DNA of 10,674 nucleotides from Acanthopleuribacteraceae bacterium. Lineage in GTDB: Bacteria > Acidobacteriota > Holophagae > Acanthopleuribacterales > Acanthopleuribacteraceae. Under the pieces are notes generated by a model that was given only the letters and a program-made list of their open reading frames with translations, searched no databases and was not told the DNA's origin. The position numbers and the translations under genes were made by a program. Where the stretch lies: the NCBI GenBank assembly GCA_041940685.1, contig JBGTRP010000180.1:1-10674 (forward strand), given 5' to 3'. Positions 1-6,893 of this stretch are shown piece by piece. How positions within the stretch are numbered: position 1 is the first letter of the stretch; every line of letters starts with the position of its first letter.

Positions 1-30
1 TGGCAAAAGACCGGCGCTAAGGTGAGGGAG

Positions 31-450
31 ATGCTTGCCAAACGAGCCACCCATGTGTACCTGCTGGAGCCGGTCGAGGCCGGGGACCGCTTTCCCGATC
101 GGTTAGAACGACCGGTCGATCCAAAAAAGCCAGGCGTCGTGCTTGCCCAAGTCTTCCTAGCGGATGGGGATATGGCGCAACTGGCAAGGCGGCTTCGTGC
201 TAGGCTAGTACCTGTACTTGAGCGGCGGGGCGCGCGTTTTCTCGGCCTGTTCCGGAGCAGCGACGAGGAAAATAACTTCCCCTACTTGCCCGTGATTCAG
301 GATAAGCGGGTGGTCGTGTGTTTTGCCAGTTTTGAATCGCGAACGATGTGTGAGCGCGTTCGCCAAGCCTGGCGTGGCGTTGCGGAACCCTTGGAAAGTT
401 TCCTCTTGGAGCCGGGACCGCGATCCAGGCTGTATCACCGCGGGGAATGA
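31..450 (+). CDS. Small alpha+beta protein (~140 aa). It weakly resembles the NIPSNAP/dimeric alpha-beta-barrel family, so its function is uncertain. It is translationally coupled to the downstream TetR gene.
   Basis: The ORF track gives 22..450 with a GTG start. An in-frame ATG at 31 sits 5 nt after AAGGTGA (19-25), a good Shine-Dalgarno sequence, so 31 is the likelier start. The C-terminal stretch VVVCFASFESRTMCERVRQAW has the hhhhW/F-x-Y/F-x-S-xxx-R pattern of NIPSNAP/Dabb-like barrels. The stop TGA (448-450) overlaps the ATG of the next gene (447-449). Confidence 0.55.
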   Translation: MLAKRATHVYLLEPVEAGDRFPDRLERPVDPKKPGVVLAQVFLADGDMAQLARRLRARLVPVLERRGARFLGLFRSSDEENNFPYLPVIQDKRVVVCFASFESRTMCERVRQAWRGVAEPLESFLLEPGPRSRLYHRGE

Positions 451-1052
451 GGCAGGCATTGACAACCCTTTCGAGCAAAAGGCGGCGCGGCTCACTTTCA
501 AGCCGCGACCGTTTAATCCAATCCGCGGCCACGCTTTTCTATGAAAGCGGAATCCACCAGACGAGCGTGGACGCGGTGGTTGCCCACGCGGGGTTGACCA
601 AGCCGACCCTTTACGCCCATTTTCCCTCCAAGGATGATCTGATTGAAGCGGTGGCCGAATACCGGGATAAAAATTGGCATGCCGCCATCGAGGCGCGGGT
701 AACCGAGGCCCAAACGCCGGCGGGCAAGTTGTTGGCCGTTTTCGAATTCCTCGAAGATTTTATCGAGGACAGCGGCTTTCGCGGTTGCGCCTTGGTCAAT
801 CTTGCCGTTGAGATTCACAACCCGGTTGGACCGGGCAAGGGCGCCGCCCGCTCGAACAAACAAAAAAACCGCGCCCGCATCAAGCGGCTTGTGCGGGAAG
901 CGGGCCTGATGGAATCCGCGGCGTTGGCCTCGGCGCTTTCCCTGCTGTTCGAGGGGGCGATTGTGACCGCCTATGTTGAGGGCGACGCCGGAGTGGGCAG
1001 AACCGCCCGCCAGGCTGCCGAACACCTGATCCGTAACCGGAGCGAATCGTAA
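447..1052 (+). CDS. TetR/AcrR-family transcriptional regulator
   Basis: The N-terminal helix-turn-helix RDRLIQSAATLFYESGIHQTSVDAVVAHAGLTKPTLYAHFPSKDDLIEAV is the canonical TetR_N signature (T-[ST]-[VI]-xx-[IV]-a-xxaGvs-kgtlY-xhFxsKe-xL). Its length (201 aa) and helical C-terminal ligand domain fit the family. The ATGA overlap with the upstream gene suggests one transcript. Confidence 0.9.
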   Translation: MRQALTTLSSKRRRGSLSSRDRLIQSAATLFYESGIHQTSVDAVVAHAGLTKPTLYAHFPSKDDLIEAVAEYRDKNWHAAIEARVTEAQTPAGKLLAVFEFLEDFIEDSGFRGCALVNLAVEIHNPVGPGKGAARSNKQKNRARIKRLVREAGLMESAALASALSLLFEGAIVTAYVEGDAGVGRTARQAAEHLIRNRSES

Positions 1053-1092
1053 CCAACTCCGGATCGCCCCGCCTGAACGCGGAGTGAGTTCA

Positions 1093-1185
1093 AGAAGAGC
1101 GTTGATCTCGAAATGATCGCCATCCGTTTCCGTGAGCAAGATGCGGGTTCGTTGGCGATGGCGCTTCCCGGGTTGGAAGCAGCAT
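1093..1185 (-). CDS. Candidate 30-aa small ORF (MLLPTREAPSPTNPHLAHGNGWRSFRDQRSS) in the convergent intergenic gap. It is speculative.
   Basis: A perfect AGGAGG (revcomp of 1191-1196) lies 5 nt before an ATG (1185..1183). The reading frame stays open for 30 codons to a TGA. I recognise no homology, and the ORF is shorter than the ORF track reports. Confidence 0.15.
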
Positions 1186-1436
1186 AGAGTCCTCCTGAGA
1201 TCATTGAGGATTTTAGTCATGGAAAGGTTTCCACTTGGACCCAACTGACTCAGCAATTCCCGCACGGGATGATGGTGGTTTCGGCCTTGAAAATCACCTA
1301 TCGGTCATCACGGTTTCCCGTCGGGAAGAAGGTTGAAAGGCCGCTCGCGGTCCGCGATGAGAATGGCGCTGTATTTGAGAGGAAGGGAGGGCGTTGCGCC
1401 GCTTTTCCTCGATGTCTCGGTCATTCTCTTTCAGGG

Positions 1437-4400
1437 CTAATCCTTAGCGGGTTTTGGTCTTGCGGTTTTTTGGGCGCGTCTGGGTTTGGGAGGGTCCAGT
1501 TTTTCGAGAACCTTTTTGAGGTAATCGATGATCAGGCCATGGGTGCCCAGGGAAGCCTTGACCGCGCTTTGTAACTGGCTCACTTGTTTGTCCTGATCGC
1601 GGATGGCCTCGTAGGTGGGTTTGAGCCAGTGCTGCATGATGGTGAACTGCTGGCGAACCACCCGCAGCAGGAACTTGGCTTCTCGGGCGGTGAGCGGCTC
1701 GCCCGCCTCGGCCGTCGGCTGCCGCGAATCCGCTTCTTGCTCCGGGGGCGCCGCTTGTTGCGGCAGGGATTCCACTATGCGCGTGAGGGCTTCCAGGGTG
1801 GGTTTTGAAAGCGCGGTATAGGTACGCATGGGCTTCTTGATACGTTCATTTTCGGCTTCCCTGGAGAGCGCCTGCAAATCGCGCAATTCTTCGATTCCCT
1901 TGTGAAGCGTATCGCGGATGGAGGTGAGCCCCGTACCGAAACCGCTGAGTTGGGCGATCACCTTGCCCATCTTGTCGCCCGATTCGATGCCGAAGAATTG
2001 CTGGCGCCGCTGAAACTCGGTTTTAATTTCTTCCCAGCGGGCGTTTTCCGCCTCAGTCAACACGCCCAGCAGCTCCCTGAACTTGAGCAGATTGGCTTCC
2101 GCCCCGCTGGTAAGCGTTTGCGCCTCGTTTTCGTAGTGCGTGAAGATCAGATTCTCGAGCTCCTCCTCGTTCATGACGGGCAGAACCTTTTCCGAGATTT
2201 TGTTCATGTTGCGGTAGGAGCCCTGCAGCTTGAAGGACGGCTCGGTGCGGTAGGCGTCCTCCTGAGCGGCGGAGCGAATATAGGCCTGGTTCACCCTGAG
2301 GATGACATCGCGCACCCGATAGAGTTTTCGGAGCACGTTGACGAACTCGTTGATTTCCTCGGGCGCGTAGTTGGCTTCCAGCTCTACGCCCTCCCGACTG
2401 CCGGACTCCGCGATGGACATGAGCCCATGCACGTCCTTTTGGCCGTGTGCGGCTAACCTGTTGAGCACCTGATTGGACGTGAGGCTGTTTTCCACATAGC
2501 TCTGCTCGAAGACGGTGGCGTGCTCGCCGATGATATCGCCCAGATTATAGGTGTCCGCGCGGTTGGCCAGCATATCGGGAATCTGAAACTTCTCGCCGCT
2601 TTCGGTATAGGGGTTGCCGGCCATGACCACGCATACCTTTTTGCCGCGCAGGTCATAGGTCTTTGTGCGCCCCTTGTAGACGCCCTCAATCTTGCGTTGC
2701 GCATCGCAGAGTGAGATGAATTTTTGCAGGAATTCGGGATTGCAATGCTGGATATCGTCTAGATAGATCATGATGTTGTCGCCCATTTCCAGGGAAAGGT
2801 TGAGCTTGGCGAGCTCTTCGCGCGCGCTGGAGTGCCGGGCGGTGGCGGGGTCGAGCGCCGTGGCCTCATGACCGATGGCGGGGCCGTTGATTTTCATGAA
2901 AATCAGGCCCAGCCTGTTGGCCACGTACTCCATGAGCGTGGTTTTCCCATAGCCCGGCGGGGAAACCAGCAGCAGCAGGCCCATGCGGTCGGTCCGTTTT
3001 TGGTCGCCGGCCGCGCCGATCTGCTTGGCGAGGTTATCGCCGATCAGGGGAAGGTACACCTGGTCCAGCAATCGGTTGCGCACGAAGGAGGTAAGCACGC
3101 GCGGCTTAAACTCTTCGAGGCGCAACTCGTTTGTAAAGCGCTCTGTCATGGTCTTTTTGAGAGAAACATAATGTTGGAAGGCGGGTAAGGATTCGCGCTT
3201 GAAGCGGGCCAGCTTGCTCATGAAACGGTTGTAATTGAGTCGGTAGACCCCCTTTTTCAGGATTGGGTGATCCCCCTTGAGACCCTCGATGGTTACGGAA
3301 ATCGGGATCTTGCATTCCTGATGGCCGTCGTAGTGGCCGCAAAAGAGCAGGGCCGCCGCCTCGTCGCGGAAGTCCATGCTGTCGGGATGTTTCTCGGCGA
3401 TGTAGGCCGCGGCCCATTCCCGGGTCAGGGCAAAGGCGCGCGCGGGGTCTTTGCCAAGGTCCTTGAGCGCCGACTCAAAATTTTCGTGAGCACCTCGATG
3501 CTTGAGATAGTGAACCAGGCCGCGGTAGATTTCTCCGGCCTCCATGCTCACGGCGAAGCTTGGACCGGCCATCAACTGGTGGAACAGGTAGACCGAGGCT
3601 TCCGGGGCCAGGGAAGCGTCGAAAAGCCGCGAGGTCTCGAGAAAGCGTTCGATCAACCCTCGCAATTCCGCGCCCTGGTCTCCCGCGCCCGCCCCTTCCG
3701 GAAACACGGAGCGCATGGCTTTCAATCCACCGAGGCTGGCTTGAATGCCGCTTTTGGCGCCTTGAGGGCAAAACGCGAACCAAAATACGGCCGCGCAGGC
3801 GCGGGCCTCGGGCGCGTGGGTCAGGAGGCCCAGGGCCTTTTTCATGGCGATTAGCCGCTCCAACAACAGCGCGGCATCCTGGTCGTGAACTCCCTTGGAG
3901 TAGCCCTCCTCGTAGCGTGGCCCCATGAAGCGCCGGACCAGCGCGGTCAGGTCCTCGTGACTCATGGCGGCGTTGGCTTTCAGGCCGGGCTCTTCTCCCT
4001 TTTCAAGGGCTTGCAGCAGGGTGTAGGCCAGAAATTCCGCGCGGTAGACCTCGCCATCTTCCGAGGGCGTCTCCATGCCCCAAACCGGCCTGGTCTCCAG
4101 GAAGGCCGGCTCCTTGATTTCCTCGAAGAAGTTGGTCCCAGTGAGATGGAAAAACTGGTTCTGATCGCGGGCGACCACGGTCAATGCCAAGGACTGGACG
4201 TTCACGGAAAAACGGTGCCGGCCCAGCTTGATGAGGCTGCCGCCCTCCTCGAAGATTTCCCGCTTGTCCTTGAGTTGGCGGACCGCCTCTTCCTTGAGCG
4301 TCTTCAGCCGGCCGCGCACATCGTCGGCCTTGACCGAGTCTTCGAGCTGAACCAGTTGTTCGACGATGTCGCGCACCTTTTCGATCATCATGTCGCCGGC

Positions 4401-6782
4401 GAAGTAGCCATGGATTTCGCTGACGGTTTCAAAGCGAGCCGCCCGGCTTTGGATGCCTTGGAGGATACGTTCGGCCGCGCCGAGCAGCGAGGCGGCCCGT
4501 TTGTTGCGCGATTCAACCAACCTCACCCGGCGCGCCTCGAAGGCGTTGTAAATTTCCTCGCGTTTCTCCGTGAGCAAGCCGATAAATTCGTCGAACTCGG
4601 AGAATTTCCCCTCGAGCTCCTCGATTTGCACCAGCAGTTTGGTGAGGTAGGTTTCGCATTTCTCCGGTTCGTCGCAGATATCCAAATAGTTGATCACACC
4701 CTGGTCGATCAGCTTCATTTGGGCGTTGAATTCGGCCACGCCCTCGGCCTGGCCCAGCTCCTGTCCGCGGTTTTTCAGCGCGGCCCTCGCCCGGTTGAGG
4801 ATGGCGTATATGGCGGAGATGCGATCGATGATGCGGGTCGTTTCGGTGGCGTCCTCGATCTTGAGATTGCTGACGACTTCGATCAATAGCTCAAGATCGG
4901 CAGCGGCTTGATCCAGCTCACGTCCCAAATCATTGGCGGCGCTGGCCCTTTCGATGCCTGGAACGCCCGCCTCCAGCTTTTCGATGCGTTGTTGGTAGGG
5001 ATCGAGCGCCGCGTCTTCCAACAGGAAGGACACGCATCCGGAAGAAAGCTTTTCGGTTTGGGCCAGAGCCTCTTTTTCCAATTGCGCGACCTTCTCCTGG
5101 TCCGCGTAACGCCGCTCTCCACTGGCGATGACCTCGCCGCGCAAACCGCGGAGTTCTGCGAGAAAGCCAACAAACTCCTCGATCCCCGTCAAACCGGCCC
5201 GCGCGATCTGACCGAAAAGCTGCTTGGCCTTTTCCGTCACGCGCGCGACCTCTTCGGCCGACGCCTTTTTGAGGCGATTCATCTTGTCGAATTCCTCGAT
5301 GGCGTTGCCGGCGGTCCTTTTGAGCTCCAGCAGCGTTTCTCTCAGGTTGCAGGCCGCGGGTTCCGCCAGCCAGAAATAAGCATCGTTAATGGCCGTGGTC
5401 TTCTTGACCAGGTCCAGGTACAGATTCGGGTAGGGGTCCTGGCGACGGAGCAGGCTCAGCACCTCGTGGCACTCTGCCATGCAGCGCACCACATCTTTGT
5501 TGCCGATCTTGTAGAGCTCGGATTCCTGATGAGCCGGAGGCTGATAGTTGGGGCTGACGTAGGGGGTTTGCCAGACCTGGAGGGCGTGGTGTTTCTGGGG
5601 TTCCTCCTCGGGTTTGAAAAAAATCAAAACGCCGTCCTGAAAAATGCTGTAACCGCCGCAGACGATGGGCGCTTCGACCTTTTGTTCGATGAGGTTGTAA
5701 GAAAGCAGAATGTAGAGGCCCTCATAGCGGTTGTAGAAGACGTAGAGGTAGTCCTCGCCGTTGGGAGCGGCGATGCGCTTCTCGAAAACCATGTCGCGCA
5801 AATGGCTGTCGAACTGTTTGAGCTCGCCCGAAATGAGATAGTAGCCACGGGGAAAGATCAGGCCATGGTCGTCGGGCAGGAGCACGCAGGAGTCCGCGAT
5901 GGCGTCGATTCGGTTGGCTTCCTGAAGATTCTCGTTGTAGAGGTAAAATCGATGGTCCTTTTCCTGGTAGGGGAGAATTCTCAAGAGGATGATCGGCCCT
6001 ATGGTGGCATAGGCGATTTCGGCGTCGTCGAGGGTTTGGTCCTGGTTTTCCACGGGCTCGCTCAAGATGCCCGAGCCCGTATCCGTATTGTCCTCGATCT
6101 TGATGGTGAGATCGCCGCCCGTGGTTTCCACGAAGAGTCGATCCTCGATGGACACATGCGGGAAACGGCCCATGCGTTGGTCGTCGCGGCGCGCCCGTTT
6201 CCACTCGAATTCGTGTTGAGCCGGGTAACGGAGCTCGTGATCGCTGCGGTTGTCCAGGTAGACCAGGGCGCCGTCCTTGATCAACCATTTAAAGGTTTTA
6301 AAATCGTTGATGGATTTGCCCGTGCGGAATTTCATGAACAGATGCGGGCCGATGATCGAGAATTTGGCGAATTCGGTGTCGCGGTAATACTTGTATAGCC
6401 CGAGAAAGTCGCGCTCGAAATCCGAGTTCCGGATCAGGTCCAAATCCAGCTCGTGAAATTCTTCTTCGCGGAATTCGTAAACCGCGAACACATCCTTGAG
6501 CCCAAGCCCGGAGCGAAGGCCCATGTGAACGTTATAGCCGAAAATGAACTTGCCGCCGATGGAGACGATGTCCCTGGACTCGCAATTGTTGGAGGTCGTG
6601 ATGCGTTGGCTGCTCTTGAGTTGCGTCTCGATGGAGCCGAAGGCCTGCTTGCGGGCCAGGTTTAGGTCTTCCAGCCGTTTCCCCAAGATCCTGGCTTGTT
6701 TCTCCAGCCGGCCTCGGATCACCTCGTAGGTGCCCCCTTCCATTTGGCCATCCGGGATAGGTTTTTTGGGTTGATCAGCCAA
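1437..6782 (-). CDS. Giant (1781 aa) soluble protein with one MoxR/AAA_5-type AAA+ ATPase module. The N-terminal ~450 aa are beta-rich, and ~500 aa of coiled-coil/helical sequence follow. The C-terminal ~330 aa are helical and end in a Pro/Lys/Arg-rich tail. Function unknown.
   Basis: A single uninterrupted 5.3-kb ORF. The Walker A motif is LLLVSPPGYGKTTL (Lys1280, nt ~2943-2945). The Walker B motif is NIMIYLDDIQH (Asp1342/1343, nt 2754-2759). Downstream, KVCVVMAGNPYTESGEKFQIPDMLANRADTYNLGD matches the MoxR/AAA_5 pattern (h-h-h-A-T-x-NP ... P-x-x-L-x-DR-F), i.e. sensor-1 Asn plus Arg finger. I saw no transmembrane segments. The tool start is TTG at 6782, preceded by GGGAG 7 nt upstream. The alternative ATG at 6743 (Met14) has a weaker ribosome-binding site. 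Confidence 0.9.
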   Translation of the reverse strand: MADQPKKPIPDGQMEGGTYEVIRGRLEKQARILGKRLEDLNLARKQAFGSIETQLKSSQRITTSNNCESRDIVSIGGKFIFGYNVHMGLRSGLGLKDVFAVYEFREEEFHELDLDLIRNSDFERDFLGLYKYYRDTEFAKFSIIGPHLFMKFRTGKSINDFKTFKWLIKDGALVYLDNRSDHELRYPAQHEFEWKRARRDDQRMGRFPHVSIEDRLFVETTGGDLTIKIEDNTDTGSGILSEPVENQDQTLDDAEIAYATIGPIILLRILPYQEKDHRFYLYNENLQEANRIDAIADSCVLLPDDHGLIFPRGYYLISGELKQFDSHLRDMVFEKRIAAPNGEDYLYVFYNRYEGLYILLSYNLIEQKVEAPIVCGGYSIFQDGVLIFFKPEEEPQKHHALQVWQTPYVSPNYQPPAHQESELYKIGNKDVVRCMAECHEVLSLLRRQDPYPNLYLDLVKKTTAINDAYFWLAEPAACNLRETLLELKRTAGNAIEEFDKMNRLKKASAEEVARVTEKAKQLFGQIARAGLTGIEEFVGFLAELRGLRGEVIASGERRYADQEKVAQLEKEALAQTEKLSSGCVSFLLEDAALDPYQQRIEKLEAGVPGIERASAANDLGRELDQAAADLELLIEVVSNLKIEDATETTRIIDRISAIYAILNRARAALKNRGQELGQAEGVAEFNAQMKLIDQGVINYLDICDEPEKCETYLTKLLVQIEELEGKFSEFDEFIGLLTEKREEIYNAFEARRVRLVESRNKRAASLLGAAERILQGIQSRAARFETVSEIHGYFAGDMMIEKVRDIVEQLVQLEDSVKADDVRGRLKTLKEEAVRQLKDKREIFEEGGSLIKLGRHRFSVNVQSLALTVVARDQNQFFHLTGTNFFEEIKEPAFLETRPVWGMETPSEDGEVYRAEFLAYTLLQALEKGEEPGLKANAAMSHEDLTALVRRFMGPRYEEGYSKGVHDQDAALLLERLIAMKKALGLLTHAPEARACAAVFWFAFCPQGAKSGIQASLGGLKAMRSVFPEGAGAGDQGAELRGLIERFLETSRLFDASLAPEASVYLFHQLMAGPSFAVSMEAGEIYRGLVHYLKHRGAHENFESALKDLGKDPARAFALTREWAAAYIAEKHPDSMDFRDEAAALLFCGHYDGHQECKIPISVTIEGLKGDHPILKKGVYRLNYNRFMSKLARFKRESLPAFQHYVSLKKTMTERFTNELRLEEFKPRVLTSFVRNRLLDQVYLPLIGDNLAKQIGAAGDQKRTDRMGLLLLVSPPGYGKTTLMEYVANRLGLIFMKINGPAIGHEATALDPATARHSSAREELAKLNLSLEMGDNIMIYLDDIQHCNPEFLQKFISLCDAQRKIEGVYKGRTKTYDLRGKKVCVVMAGNPYTESGEKFQIPDMLANRADTYNLGDIIGEHATVFEQSYVENSLTSNQVLNRLAAHGQKDVHGLMSIAESGSREGVELEANYAPEEINEFVNVLRKLYRVRDVILRVNQAYIRSAAQEDAYRTEPSFKLQGSYRNMNKISEKVLPVMNEEELENLIFTHYENEAQTLTSGAEANLLKFRELLGVLTEAENARWEEIKTEFQRRQQFFGIESGDKMGKVIAQLSGFGTGLTSIRDTLHKGIEELRDLQALSREAENERIKKPMRTYTALSKPTLEALTRIVESLPQQAAPPEQEADSRQPTAEAGEPLTAREAKFLLRVVRQQFTIMQHWLKPTYEAIRDQDKQVSQLQSAVKASLGTHGLIIDYLKKVLEKLDPPKPRRAQKTARPKPAKD
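2560..3070 (-). other. AAA+ ATPase core of the giant protein (Walker A, Walker B, sensor-1/Arg-finger region)
   Basis: Motif positions were read directly from the translation and are listed in the feature above. The family assignment (MoxR/AAA_5-like rather than classic-clade AAA) rests on the GNP...DMLANRAD arrangement. Confidence 0.75.
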
Positions 6783-6893
6783 CTCGTTGCTCCCATCGCG
6801 GGCCGCCGCCCCGCGAAGTGATTGGCGGCGCGGCCCCGGTTACGCGCGGCGCGGATTTTCCGCTAGCCGCTTTTGGATTCGGGTGTGGACGCG

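Noticed and set aside
513-1265. 250-aa minus-strand ORF overlapping almost the entire TetR gene
   Set aside because: It is antisense to a gene with a clear family signature. It is Arg/Gly/Pro-rich, typical of spurious frames in high-GC DNA, and has no ribosome-binding site.
5722-6288. Arg/Pro/Gly-rich 188-aa alternative frame on the minus strand inside the ATPase gene
   Set aside because: This is the wrong frame of the real gene, with the compositional bias typical of an off-frame GC-rich reading.
3885-6398. Long plus-strand ORFs (3885..4889, 4908..6398 and others) antisense to the giant ATPase gene
   Set aside because: They are Leu/Val/Gly/Asp-rich translations of the reverse complement of a GC-rich gene. 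No motifs, no ribosome-binding sites, and they lie entirely inside the 5.3-kb ORF.
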